In this document: positions 26,919 to 36,744 of the stretch, one piece after another
Numbering within the stretch: position 1 is the first letter of the stretch
How the letters are laid out: every line of letters starts with the position of its first letter
Virus record (IMG/VR): IMGVR_UViG_3300022696_000117
Span: 1-64,000 of that record
DNA: 64,000 nt
Reading direction: 5' to 3' (one strand)
Origin: a virus
Position numbers and translations under genes: made by a program
The notes under the pieces: model-generated
The model's database searches: none
The model's input: the letters and a program-made list of their open reading frames with translations, nothing else
Told to the model about the DNA's origin: nothing

Positions 26919-27509
26919 ATGCAGACCATCAATTACTCACAAATAGTCGGATATCATCATGCCAGAAAAGGCCGTCCGCTTCGAAAGCCGACCCGCGGCG
27001 AACTCGACACAATCCTGACCCTTGCCTACGCGATGGCGCTACACGGCTGGATCGTCGAACAAACCGCACCGCCGGCGCCCGATGCGTCGACTGATGAACA
27101 GATCGAATATATCACCATGCTTTCACTGGCTGATTCGGTGAGAGAGCAGGTGATGGAGGCGTACAAAGGCTACGACTGCGCCGTATCCGAAGAGCAGGTC
27201 AAGGAAATCGACAAAAAGATCGACAAGCTGAAGGCAAAGATGTGGTCTAAACCGCAGACGATGCAGGTCTACTGCTCGTTCGTTCTGAAGCGGATCAGCG
27301 ATCACCTCGAAATTCCGAAGCGAAAGTTGAAAAACGGCCGTGTGGTTCCGAAGAAATCCGGCTGGATCAAAAACAAAGGTATCCGCGAATCATTAAAAGC
27401 GGTCAATTCCTGTGTCTACTCCCTCCTCCAGCATTTCGATCCGGAGACCGATGACGTAGACGCGATGGACAACGGAAAAGAAGCCCAGAGATATTGGGCA
27501 ACACTGTAA
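26919..27509 (+). CDS. hypothetical protein
   Basis: First ORF of the rightward operon. Confidence 0.65.
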   Translation: MQTINYSQIVGYHHARKGRPLRKPTRGELDTILTLAYAMALHGWIVEQTAPPAPDASTDEQIEYITMLSLADSVREQVMEAYKGYDCAVSEEQVKEIDKKIDKLKAKMWSKPQTMQVYCSFVLKRISDHLEIPKRKLKNGRVVPKKSGWIKNKGIRESLKAVNSCVYSLLQHFDPETDDVDAMDNGKEAQRYWATL

Positions 27510-27520
27510 AGGAGGATACA

Positions 27521-27736
27521 ATGAGCGAATGGATGTTCAAGATAGGCGAAACGGTAGCCATAAAGGCGAGTCGAGAATGGGGCGAGGTTATCGGCCGGGC
27601 CGAATACGCCCAGACCGAACCACACTACCTCATAAGATACAGGGCTGCTGACGGCCGAGCTGTCGAAGCGTGGTGGGGGGAGTCTTCTCTGGTGACGGAA
27701 GACTCGCTGGAAGCCAGTGCTCCGGGGGAGGCCTGA
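27521..27736 (+). CDS. small SH3-like phage protein
   Basis: FKIGETV...GEVIGRAEY...YLIRYRAADGRAVEAWW. Confidence 0.65.
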   Translation: MSEWMFKIGETVAIKASREWGEVIGRAEYAQTEPHYLIRYRAADGRAVEAWWGESSLVTEDSLEASAPGEA

Positions 27737-27960
27737 TGCGGGAACAAAAAGCAAAGAACCTGCGCCGCATGGTTTACGGCGATCTGGCCAGAAGAGGACA
27801 CGGCTACGTTCGCAAAGACGGCGGCTATATGGCCACCGGGCGGAGACGGATCTACCGGGCTGCAAAGAAGGCCATCAAAGAAAATCCTGAACTGTCGGCA
27901 GAAGCGGTGGTCGAGGCCCTGACCGTCGAGGCGGTCAAGCATAAAATGATCAGAAAATAA
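27736..27960 (+). CDS. basic hypothetical protein
   Basis: TGATG coupling. Confidence 0.55.
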   Translation: MREQKAKNLRRMVYGDLARRGHGYVRKDGGYMATGRRRIYRAAKKAIKENPELSAEAVVEALTVEAVKHKMIRK

Positions 27961-27970
27961 GGAGAAAAAA

Positions 27971-28378
27971 ATGTCGCAATTATCAGTAAGACCGGTAACC
28001 CTGGAGAATCTCGGCGGCGGAGTCCTGGCCGAGAAATTTGATGTTTCCTGGCAGCGGGTCATGGACAACCTCATGGACCCGAACACCAAGCAATCCGTGA
28101 ATCGGGAAATCAACATCAAAATCAAGATCAAGCCGTCCGAGGAACGCGAGATTTGCAACCTCGAAATCGAATGCACCGAGAAACTGGCGCCGGATTACGG
28201 TTACGGCACCATGGTCTTCATCGACAAGGACATCAAGGGCAAGCACGAAGCCTTCGAAAACAATCCGCGGCAGCCGCAACTTCCGTTCAAGGAAAAGGAA
28301 GATGCCACCGAGCCCGCCGATGAAGAAACCGAATCCAAAAACAACGTCCGAGTGATCGGGGGAGGGAAGAAAGAATGA
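27971..28378 (+). CDS. conserved phage protein, partner of the DUF2303-like neighbour
   Basis: LENLGGGVLAEKF...V..N..DPNT....REINIKIKIKP...KLAP. Confidence 0.65.
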   Translation: MSQLSVRPVTLENLGGGVLAEKFDVSWQRVMDNLMDPNTKQSVNREINIKIKIKPSEEREICNLEIECTEKLAPDYGYGTMVFIDKDIKGKHEAFENNPRQPQLPFKEKEDATEPADEETESKNNVRVIGGGKKE

Positions 28379-29124
28379 TCGATTCAAGCTTTATAGACAA
28401 GATCGAATCCATGGCGCTGCCGGTCAAGGTGTCCAGTCTCAACGGTGAGCATATCCGCAGGGGCCAGTACAACTATGAGCTGGTCCGGCCCGAGCCCTTC
28501 CCGGCGGTATCCGTCCGGACCCTCACTGGTCTTCTGGATTACATCGGTGAAAAAATCGACGGTGGCTGCGATGGTAATTTCATCCATGTCTCCAACCCGA
28601 GCCGGGTATCCCTTTGTGGTTTTTCAGACGAGGATAAGCATCGTGATGTCTATGCCGAGGCAGGCGCCATGCCCTGCGAGTTTCCATTCAACACTTACCA
28701 TGCCCACGAAGAGTTCATCGTTCGTGCCATGGCGGCTTTTGTCCGAAACGACAAGCTGGTCGAGGTTCTTCAGGCCGTCTCCACCATGCGGCACGAGAAG
28801 ATCCAGACCTCCAGGGACGACAACATGAGCCAGGAGATCAGCGTTCGTGAGGGGATCTCACGATCCTTATCGGTCAAGATCGAAAACCCGGTCACCCTCC
28901 AGCCGTATTCCACATTCGCAGAGATAGACCAACCTGAGAGAGACTTCGTTCTCAGGTTTAGAGGGGGTGGTGACCGCGGAGACATCAGCCTTGCCCTTTT
29001 CGAGGTCGACGGCCGGTCTTGGGAGGGTGCGACCGTCCTCCAGATCAAGGCATATCTGGTCCAGAGGATTCAGGAGCTGGTTGACGCAGGAGTAATCAGC
29101 AGAGCGATTCCGGTGATCGCCTAA
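28375..29124 (+). CDS. DUF2303/YfdQ-like conserved phage protein
   Basis: TLTGLLDYI...NPVTLQPYSTFAEIDQPE..FVLR...ALFE.DG..W. Confidence 0.6.
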   Translation: MIDSSFIDKIESMALPVKVSSLNGEHIRRGQYNYELVRPEPFPAVSVRTLTGLLDYIGEKIDGGCDGNFIHVSNPSRVSLCGFSDEDKHRDVYAEAGAMPCEFPFNTYHAHEEFIVRAMAAFVRNDKLVEVLQAVSTMRHEKIQTSRDDNMSQEISVREGISRSLSVKIENPVTLQPYSTFAEIDQPERDFVLRFRGGGDRGDISLALFEVDGRSWEGATVLQIKAYLVQRIQELVDAGVISRAIPVIA

Positions 29125-29136
29125 AAAAACAAGGGG

Positions 29137-29442
29137 GTGTGGATGCGGTACAAGGATTTAGTGGGAGAGGTTTGGGAAAAAAGCTCGGACCTCAGAAGCA
29201 GAAACGCAGCGCAGCGAACCGTAGACCTGGTGATCTCCGTCTTTAAGGAGGCCCTTCTCGCCGGAGACGACGTGAAGCTGCCCAAATTCGGCAGGCTTCA
29301 GCCGAGAACGGCCAAGAAGAGGACAGTGATGTCTCCACTCATTCCTGGAGGCGGATCGGTAGAGGTCCCAGAGCGGAAACTGGTGAAATTCGACGCATAC
29401 AAAGGCCTCAAAGAGGGGCTCAACAGCGGGGGTGGAGAATGA
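29137..29442 (+). CDS. HU/IHF-family DNA-binding protein
   Basis: EALLAGDDVKLPKFG....AKKR...P....VEVPERKLVKF. Confidence 0.88.
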   Translation: MWMRYKDLVGEVWEKSSDLRSRNAAQRTVDLVISVFKEALLAGDDVKLPKFGRLQPRTAKKRTVMSPLIPGGGSVEVPERKLVKFDAYKGLKEGLNSGGGE

Positions 29443-30695
29443 CTGAAATAAGGGATCGGGCGCTGGCCGTAATCGACCAGGCGCCGGAAGAAGTTAAAGG
29501 GTATCTTCTTGCGCTGGAGAAGAAGGACGTGGTGGCCCTCGGGATAGATGAGGCGTTCGTTCTGAGGGATTCCGAGGGCCAGATCAAGGCGTTCAAGCAG
29601 ACGGTGCATTTGTCGCTTCAGAATGGGGGCCTGATTCAACCTGTTTACAACGGCCCTTCCGTCGTGTCGGCCCAGGGCTACGAAATAATTAACGAGGCCA
29701 CAGGGGCCAGCGTAATCTTCCCGAAGACTGTGCTGGTCGACGGAGAGGAGAAGCCCAATCCGTTTGTGGTCCGGGAAAAAGGCCACATCACGCAGATAAT
29801 CTGTCGGGCGGTGGCCTTCAAATACAGCTCTAAGGGCATTCCCATGACCCGGGACTGGACCACCGTTTACGACGTCAGGAAGTATCGAGCCGCAGACCTG
29901 TTCGCCAAAGCCAAGAAATTTCCGCAGGCGTTTATGGCCCTGCCGGCGGACATGAAACCATCGGACCTGGATCTCGACATCAAGGGGCCGCAGGCATGGG
30001 CCAAGACAGAGATCAACGATGAGGTAAATCTCTGGTACAACACCCGCCATCCTGAGTGTCTCGATTGGCTGAAACATATCATCAACCGGGAGAAAAAGGT
30101 GCTCGACTACGCACAGACCTTCGCGGCAAGAAACGCCGCAAAGCATCTTCACGGAATCCAGAGGCCCCCGGGGCAGATCGGCCAGAATGGGAACACCGTC
30201 CCTGTTCCAGCGTGGACCTTCACGGTCCTCTGTTGGAGGCCGGTCGGGCAGAACATTATCAAGTGGGATACGGCACAGTACGAAGCCCTCCAGGGCCGGG
30301 TTGATCGAATGCTGAAGGGTGAAAACGAGTTCAAGGGCCAACATCTGGACTACAAGGCCGGCTCAGAAGAGATCGACCAGGAAGCCTATGCCGATCCCAC
30401 CGTGATGGAACCGGAAGACGGCCCGGCTCAGATCGAGGTCCAGGAATTCGAGGGCCCGGAAGGGGCTGATGAGCCCAACGAGGCCCCCGACGACTCAGAG
30501 TCGGTCTCCGGTCCGAAGTTGGATTACGTCACACAGGTTTCGTCCATTCGAGACGATCCCGAGCTAAATCGATTCTTTCTTGAAGCCTGCGATGCGCTCA
30601 AGATCGATCCGAAGGCAGAACTGTCCCAAGAGCAGGCAGAGGCGTTGTTTCAGGGCATCTCCAACTCGATAGACCAGGCCGACAAGGAGGGATAG
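29439..30695 (+). CDS. hypothetical protein, possible ssDNA-annealing recombinase
   Basis: Position in the recombination block; globular N-terminus with an acidic disordered tail; no diagnostic motif recognised. Confidence 0.35.
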   Translation: MTEIRDRALAVIDQAPEEVKGYLLALEKKDVVALGIDEAFVLRDSEGQIKAFKQTVHLSLQNGGLIQPVYNGPSVVSAQGYEIINEATGASVIFPKTVLVDGEEKPNPFVVREKGHITQIICRAVAFKYSSKGIPMTRDWTTVYDVRKYRAADLFAKAKKFPQAFMALPADMKPSDLDLDIKGPQAWAKTEINDEVNLWYNTRHPECLDWLKHIINREKKVLDYAQTFAARNAAKHLHGIQRPPGQIGQNGNTVPVPAWTFTVLCWRPVGQNIIKWDTAQYEALQGRVDRMLKGENEFKGQHLDYKAGSEEIDQEAYADPTVMEPEDGPAQIEVQEFEGPEGADEPNEAPDDSESVSGPKLDYVTQVSSIRDDPELNRFFLEACDALKIDPKAELSQEQAEALFQGISNSIDQADKEG

Positions 30696-30696
30696 C

Positions 30697-31764
30697 ATGA
30701 TCACAAGGGTATGGGCGAGAAATTTCAAGGGAGCCTCATTCAAGCAGCCGCTATCCGAAAGAACGCTTTTCGTTGGTCCAAACGGCATCGGGAAAACGCT
30801 TCGAGCCCAGGCGCTGACCCTGGCGGTCAATGGATATATTCCCGGGACATCGAAGCTGAACCGGGATATCCACGCCGCCTACGCCACCGCCGCGAAGATG
30901 GCGGTCGGGTTCGAGCTCGGCGGGATCCAGTTCGAGAGGATTTTCCAGGCTGCCGGCGAGAAAGTGTCGTGCCTCTACAGGATCGATGGAGCAAAATATA
31001 GCGCCAAGGACTTCCAAGTGGAGATGGCCAAGGCAGGCGACCCGCAGATTTGCGACCTCACGGCTTTCCTTGGCCTGTCGGACCCGAAAAAGATCGAGGA
31101 GATATTTAAGTCCTATCCGCCGTCAGGGAATCTTAAGGGTATTGAGTCGGAGGTTCACCGAGCTAAAGAAAAAATCAATATCTACAATAGAGAAATCCAA
31201 TCCAACGAAAGAAGCATCGAGCGTCTGTCCAAATCCAGGGCCTCACTCGAACTTCCGGCCGGGACCCTCCCTGAGCTTCAGGCCCGGATTGGATCCCTCG
31301 AAAAGGATCTCGCTGAAGCGCAGGAAGAAGAACGCAGGCAAAGGGATGAGCTGCAGCGAGAAAGGGAGGCCGAGGAGCGCAGGGCCGTTGAAAAGAGGCA
31401 GGCTGAACTGAAAGCCAAACGCGATGCTGAAGAGGCTGAGGCCAGGCGGCGTGAGCAGGAGGATTTTGAGCGCAGAAAGGCGGCATGGGAGGCCAAACAG
31501 AAGCGCGAGGCCGAGGAGCTTGAGCGGAGAAAAGCCGAGGAGGCTTCCCGCAGAGAACAGATGAAGGAAGAGAGCCTTCATCCTCCTGGCTCGAAAGATC
31601 CTCCGGTCCCTGAGCCTCAACCTGCACCAGAACCGGTCCATATCGGTGCGATCGCGTCCATCAACCGGATTATTGCAAAAATGAACGAGGGGGGATGCCC
31701 GAATTGCTCCGCAAAGATGACTGCCATTATTGAGCGCAGGAAGCTTAAAGGAGGTGCTGCATGA
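30697..31764 (+). CDS. Rad50/SbcC-like ATPase, N-terminal half
   Basis: ARNFKG, Walker A GPNGIGKT, long coiled coil, terminal CPNC. Confidence 0.82.
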   Translation: MITRVWARNFKGASFKQPLSERTLFVGPNGIGKTLRAQALTLAVNGYIPGTSKLNRDIHAAYATAAKMAVGFELGGIQFERIFQAAGEKVSCLYRIDGAKYSAKDFQVEMAKAGDPQICDLTAFLGLSDPKKIEEIFKSYPPSGNLKGIESEVHRAKEKINIYNREIQSNERSIERLSKSRASLELPAGTLPELQARIGSLEKDLAEAQEEERRQRDELQREREAEERRAVEKRQAELKAKRDAEEAEARRREQEDFERRKAAWEAKQKREAEELERRKAEEASRREQMKEESLHPPGSKDPPVPEPQPAPEPVHIGAIASINRIIAKMNEGGCPNCSAKMTAIIERRKLKGGAA

Positions 31765-32414
31765 CTGAACTTGACATGATGACCACGCAGGTAGGGGCCC
31801 TCAAACAGGCGATTCACGACGAGCGGGCCAAGCGGGATCTCTTCGTGAAGGCGTCCACCCTCGATGAGGAGATCCAGAAGATCTCATCCGACACCGAGGA
31901 GCTTCGTGAGCAGCTCAAGGACGCGAAAGCCAAACACGCCGACGCCATACGCCGAAGAGACGAAGCGGTCAGAACCTCCCTCGGGGCCATGGAGCGAAGA
32001 ATCCAGAAGATGCTGCCTTTCGGTGAAGCGGCGCTCAATCTCACCGAAGATGGGCGGCTGGTAATCGGCTGGATCATCGGAGAAAAAAGCATCCCCTATT
32101 GGGCACTTTCCGGGGGGCAGAAGATGATTTTCGATCCGGCTCTCGCCTTCGCCATGCTCGGGAAAGCGCAGTCCAAGATCGTGATCATGGAAGGCGCCGA
32201 GATGGACACCCGCCATCTCACGGAAACCATACAGCAGATCGCCGAAAGCCGGCCGGAGGCGCAAATCATCTGCGCCACCTGGCACGAACCTGACGGAGAG
32301 GTTGATGGATGGGAAACCGTGAAGCTGGAGGGGTCCGATGCCGAAAGCGGGGCACAGGAGGAAGGCGAAGAAGAAGTGGATGACTCACAAGAAGGCGAAG
32401 ACGAAGGCGCATAA
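31761..32414 (+). CDS. Rad50/SbcC-like ATPase, C-terminal half
   Basis: Coiled coil, ABC signature LSGGQK, Walker-B-like IVIMEGAEMD, H-loop ICATWH; own AGGAGG RBS. Confidence 0.8.
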   Translation: MTELDMMTTQVGALKQAIHDERAKRDLFVKASTLDEEIQKISSDTEELREQLKDAKAKHADAIRRRDEAVRTSLGAMERRIQKMLPFGEAALNLTEDGRLVIGWIIGEKSIPYWALSGGQKMIFDPALAFAMLGKAQSKIVIMEGAEMDTRHLTETIQQIAESRPEAQIICATWHEPDGEVDGWETVKLEGSDAESGAQEEGEEEVDDSQEGEDEGA

Positions 32415-32619
32415 GCTCTTCGACCAGTTGTGGCAGGGGGGAATGATGAGCCGGTCGGATGCTTATCGATGGTTGTCCGACCGGCTCAATATCCCGCTTC
32501 ATCGGTGTCACTTTCGATATTTCGGCACAGGAATGTGTAAGCGGGTGATCAGGGTCATGAACCAGGTTAAACCAAGGGAAATCAAAAATGAATATCACAG
32601 ACAAACCACAACTCAATGA
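32338..32619 (+). CDS. DUF3268-like C-terminal fragment protein
   Basis: AHKLFDQLW...MSRSDAYRWLS..L.I....CH...F....C. Confidence 0.6.
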   Translation: MPKAGHRRKAKKKWMTHKKAKTKAHKLFDQLWQGGMMSRSDAYRWLSDRLNIPLHRCHFRYFGTGMCKRVIRVMNQVKPREIKNEYHRQTTTQ

Positions 32620-34363
32620 GCACCAGCAGGCTGCGGTTGAGGCATCGGAGCCCAGGGTCCTTGTCCGGGCCGGCGCAGGCTCCGGAAAGACTCGAGTTCT
32701 CACCGAGCGGATCGCATACCTGATCGAGGACCGTCAGGCAAGTCCGCACGAAATCATGGCCTTCACCTTCACCCGGAAAGCCGCCCAGGAAATGAAAGAA
32801 CGGCTCCTTGTGCGGGTCGGAAGCGCCGCCCACAAGATCGACATCGGTACATTCCATGCCGTGGGCCTCGATTTCATCCAACGCCATGCCGAAATGATCG
32901 GATTCAGGCAGGCGGTGACCGTATACGGTGAATGGGAAACCAACCACCTGATCGAAAGGGCCGCTGAGGCCCTGGGGTATAGGACAGGGAAGAAATGGAA
33001 GACACCGAAGAAGCTCATCGTGGATACGTTCAAGAGTTGCGATGAACGAGGCGAGGAGCCGGAACGGCTTCATCCGCTTCGGCCGCTTTTCGATTCCTTC
33101 ATGACGACATGCAGGTCGAACAACGCAATGCACTTCGGAGCCATTCTGGTGCATTTCAGGGACCTGATTCAGTGTATCAAGAATCTCTATCCCATCCAGT
33201 ATGTGTTGACCGACGAGGCTCAGGACAATGATGAGTTACAGTGGGAGATTTTGGAGCTTCTCCAGGAGCAATTCGGGGCGGAATTGTTTTGCGTTGGTGA
33301 TCCTGACCAGTCCATTTACGAATTCCGTGGCGCCGTTCCGCAATATCTGATCGAGCACCAGGACGATTTCGCCGTTTATGATCTTCCGGAGAACTATCGG
33401 TCTTTCAGGCCGATTGTGGAGGCGGCGAACAGCCTCATTGGGCACAATAGCGACCGTATCGGAAGCCCAATGTCCTGCGCCAGGGCCGGCGGTGATTCGA
33501 GCGCAAGCTTTGTGCTGGAGAATTTCGACAGCGCCGTTGTGGTGGAATATTTGAAGGCCCGGAAGCTGGAGCCATCCAGAACCGCAATCCTCGCCAGAAA
33601 TCATTTTCTTCTGATGAAACTCGCCAATATCATGGACGAGCAGGGGATCCACTACCATTATATCGGCAAAAAAAGCTCGATCACCAGGACCGAGGAGTTC
33701 CAACGATTTCACGCCTACATGAAGCTGTTGGTCAATCCGTATGACGACTTCTCATTCATGCTGGCATCCGAAGCCCTTGGTGTTTCTGTCGAACAGCTGA
33801 GGGCCCTGCGGCTGGAATCTACCCAAACAGGCGATGGGGCGTTCAGCATCTGGAGCCGGCAGGAGTTCAGCAGCCCCCCGAAATGGGTGGAGTTCTTTAA
33901 TACCGCCCACAAGGACAGCTGGAGCGTTTACCGAATTGCCGGCTTCATCCAGGACAACGGCGGCTTTGAAGACGATAAAGTCTGGCGGTTCGTCATGGAA
34001 TGGTTCGAGGCGAACCCGACCGAGAGCCTGGAGGAGTACCTTTATTGGGTTTCCACCTACGACATCCATGACGAGCTTGCAGACGACAGCAGCCAGGATT
34101 GCTATCAGCTGGCCACCATCCACGGCGCCAAGGGCCTCGAATGGCCCAACGTGATCATCGCCGGGGTGAACGAGGGCCTTTTGCCGTCGTCTCAGGCGAT
34201 TCGGTGCGGCGATATCGAGGGTGAGCGGCGGCTGATGTATGTGGCCATGACCCGGGCCGAAGAAAAGTTGATCCTTACGATCCGTCCGGAGGAGACCGTG
34301 AACGCCCGCGGGCAGGTGAACGTGAATCCTGTGAGCCGGTTTGTGGAGGAGGCGGGGTTATGA
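32588..34363 (+). CDS. UvrD/PcrA/Rep SF1 helicase
   Basis: AGAGSGKT, TFTRKAA, GTFHA, DEAQD, VGDPDQSIY.FRGA, NYRS, TIHGAKGLEW, YVAMTRA. Confidence 0.96.
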   Translation: MNITDKPQLNEHQQAAVEASEPRVLVRAGAGSGKTRVLTERIAYLIEDRQASPHEIMAFTFTRKAAQEMKERLLVRVGSAAHKIDIGTFHAVGLDFIQRHAEMIGFRQAVTVYGEWETNHLIERAAEALGYRTGKKWKTPKKLIVDTFKSCDERGEEPERLHPLRPLFDSFMTTCRSNNAMHFGAILVHFRDLIQCIKNLYPIQYVLTDEAQDNDELQWEILELLQEQFGAELFCVGDPDQSIYEFRGAVPQYLIEHQDDFAVYDLPENYRSFRPIVEAANSLIGHNSDRIGSPMSCARAGGDSSASFVLENFDSAVVVEYLKARKLEPSRTAILARNHFLLMKLANIMDEQGIHYHYIGKKSSITRTEEFQRFHAYMKLLVNPYDDFSFMLASEALGVSVEQLRALRLESTQTGDGAFSIWSRQEFSSPPKWVEFFNTAHKDSWSVYRIAGFIQDNGGFEDDKVWRFVMEWFEANPTESLEEYLYWVSTYDIHDELADDSSQDCYQLATIHGAKGLEWPNVIIAGVNEGLLPSSQAIRCGDIEGERRLMYVAMTRAEEKLILTIRPEETVNARGQVNVNPVSRFVEEAGL

Positions 34364-34635
34364 AGCAAGTATACAAATACATTCTTCGCCTTGATAGGCC
34401 TATCTGTGAAATACCAAAAGGCGGCACAATCCGCCATGTGGATGAGCAGCTCGGAAATATTTGCGTTTGGGTTGAAGTTGACCCTGATCAGCCAAAAGAG
34501 AAACGGCGCTTCGAGATTTACGGGACAGGCCATACGATTAGAGAAGATATGGGCGTAACCCGTGTGTACCTTGGTTCCGTGAAGCTTGAAGGTGGTGCGC
34601 TCATTTTTCATATTTATGAGCACACCGGTATATAA
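34360..34635 (+). CDS. conserved small phage protein
   Basis: VYKY.L...P.G...W..VDP....R.F.IYGTGH. Confidence 0.65.
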   Translation: MKQVYKYILRLDRPICEIPKGGTIRHVDEQLGNICVWVEVDPDQPKEKRRFEIYGTGHTIREDMGVTRVYLGSVKLEGGALIFHIYEHTGI

Positions 34636-34658
34636 TCCAGGACACTCGAGCGTACAGA

Positions 34659-36056
34659 ATGAAACTCACCATCTCCAACTACCTCCAGCTCTACGGCCAC
34701 CCGATGGAGTTGGAGAAGCACCTCACCAGGCTCCTCACCATCCAGAACCCGAGGTGGCTTGACAACGAGAAGATGAACCGGTGGCAGGGCAATACCGCTC
34801 GATTCCTGACCTATTTCCACACCGACGGCCTCGGGACGATGTCCGTACCCCGGGGCCTGGCCGTGCATGTCTGGAGGTGGTGCAAGGATCATGGGGCAGA
34901 GGTTGAGGTTGAGGATAAACGGGCGTCTTTTCCTGGTCTCAACATCAACTTCATGGGCCGCGGCCTTCGGCAATATCAGGTAGAAGCCGCGGAGGCCGTC
35001 CTGAAAAGAGACGCGGGGGTCCTCTGCGCTCCGACCGGGTCCGGAAAGACCGTCATGGCGCTTTATCTGATTGCAAAAAGGGACCAACCGACGGTCATAG
35101 TGGTCCACACGAAGGACCTGGCCAACCAATGGATAGACCGCATAGGCCAGTTCCTCGGAATAGACGCCGGAGATATCGGACTGATCGGGGCTGGCAAGAA
35201 GACCGTCAATCCGAATGGCCTAAATGTGGCCCTGGTTCAAACCCTGTACGGCTGCGCCGATGAAATCGCATCCCATATCGGCCATCTCGTGGTTGACGAA
35301 TGCCACCGGGCCCCGAGCCGGACTTTCAACGAGGCCGTAACCGCGTTCTCATCCAAGTACATTCTCGGCCTCACAGCCACCCCGTTCCGCCGGGACAAAA
35401 TGACCAACCTGATTTATTGGTTTCTCGGTGATCAGGTCCATAAAATAGAGCCGGACGGCCTTCGAGAAGACGGGCACATTCTCACCGCGGATGTGGTGGT
35501 CCGCAAAACCGACTTCAAGGCGTATTCCGACCCTAAGAACGAATACGCCAAGATGCTCTCGGAGCTGTCTTCTGATCTCCACAGGAACCGCATGATCGTT
35601 CAAGACGTGGCCGACATCGTAAACTCCGAAGAAGAGGGCGTGTGCCTGGTCCTGTCAGACAGGAAAGAGCACTGCGAGATCCTGAAGTCGGCGATTACCA
35701 CCGAAAAGAAGATCCCGGCGGTCGTTCTTACCGGAGACACGCCGAATAAGCAGCGAGAAATGATCATCGACATGGTCAACCGCGGGGCGGTGCCGGTTGT
35801 GGTGGCCACCGGGCAGCTCATCGGCGAAGGGTTCGACTGCAAGAACCTGACGAACCTTTTTTTGGCCATGCCGATCAAGTTCTCAGGGCGCCTGATCCAG
35901 TATCTCGGCCGGGTGCTTCGGCCTGCGCCGGGCAAGGAGCGGGCGCTTATCTATGACTACGAGGATGCCAAGGTGGGTGTTCTCCGCAATTCCGCCTCCG
36001 GGCGGAGGAGGGTGTATAGGCAAAATGGATTTTCGATCACAAGAGAGGGAGCTTGA
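34659..36056 (+). CDS. SF2 DExH helicase (ResIII/UvsW-like)
   Basis: LRQYQ, APTGSGKT, VVDECH, GLTATPFR, GEGFD, QYLGRVLR. Confidence 0.95.
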   Translation: MKLTISNYLQLYGHPMELEKHLTRLLTIQNPRWLDNEKMNRWQGNTARFLTYFHTDGLGTMSVPRGLAVHVWRWCKDHGAEVEVEDKRASFPGLNINFMGRGLRQYQVEAAEAVLKRDAGVLCAPTGSGKTVMALYLIAKRDQPTVIVVHTKDLANQWIDRIGQFLGIDAGDIGLIGAGKKTVNPNGLNVALVQTLYGCADEIASHIGHLVVDECHRAPSRTFNEAVTAFSSKYILGLTATPFRRDKMTNLIYWFLGDQVHKIEPDGLREDGHILTADVVVRKTDFKAYSDPKNEYAKMLSELSSDLHRNRMIVQDVADIVNSEEEGVCLVLSDRKEHCEILKSAITTEKKIPAVVLTGDTPNKQREMIIDMVNRGAVPVVVATGQLIGEGFDCKNLTNLFLAMPIKFSGRLIQYLGRVLRPAPGKERALIYDYEDAKVGVLRNSASGRRRVYRQNGFSITREGA

Positions 36057-36432
36057 ACTGTTTGCGCCTCCGGATTACTGGACGATGCCGGTGGAGGCGC
36101 TGAAGGAAATAGCCGGTGGGTGCGGCGCAGGCAGGGGGCTTGGCGATACGCTGGTTCCGGATACCGCCTGGGGGTTATCGATCAAGCCGGCCTGCAAAAT
36201 CCACGATTTCATGTACCATTTCGGCGAATGCCTGGAAGACAAAAAGGCTGCGGACAGGGTGTTTTTGAACAATATGATCAGGATTATCGAGGCAAGAACG
36301 AGGTTCTCCTTTTTGGCACGGCTCCGCCTTCAGCGGTGCAGAACCTATTTCTTCTTCGTCAAATATTTAGGTGGGCCGGCATTCTGGAAACGCAAAAATC
36401 CCGACGCAACAATCGGAAAGGTAGCCGCATAA
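36025..36432 (+). CDS. phospholipase-A2-like / DUF1353-related small protein; start uncertain
   Basis: GCG...VPD....I.PACKIHDFMY......K..ADRVF. Confidence 0.55.
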   Translation: MDFRSQERELELFAPPDYWTMPVEALKEIAGGCGAGRGLGDTLVPDTAWGLSIKPACKIHDFMYHFGECLEDKKAADRVFLNNMIRIIEARTRFSFLARLRLQRCRTYFFFVKYLGGPAFWKRKNPDATIGKVAA

Positions 36433-36686
36433 TGGAGTTGAGTCTGCACGAAATGGACACACTGGTCGACATGATCGCCGAGAGGGTCGCCCAAAAGCTG
36501 GAAGCCAGGCTTTCACCCGGGAAGTGGCTGACGTTCGAGGAAGCCATGCGGATGATGAAGATCAAGTCAAAAGACACCCTCCGGAAGCGATTGATCGATG
36601 GTGACGTATACGGGATCAAGGACGGGGGGAAGTGGAAGGTTGATCGGGAATCTATCGAGGATTATTTGAATCAGGAGAGGGTATGA
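36432..36686 (+). CDS. excisionase-like HTH protein
   Basis: WLTFEEA......SKDTLRK.L..G...G.K.GGKWKVDRESI. Confidence 0.8.
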   Translation: MELSLHEMDTLVDMIAERVAQKLEARLSPGKWLTFEEAMRMMKIKSKDTLRKRLIDGDVYGIKDGGKWKVDRESIEDYLNQERV

Positions 36687-36744
36687 CGTGCCGGGGGGGG
36701 TGTTCTCGGCTAATATCAGGGAAGTTTTACCTGTTAATCAATGG

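Noticed and set aside
31740-31770. Sequencing frameshift breaking one sbcC gene
   Set aside because: The second ORF has its own AGGAGG RBS and ATGA coupling
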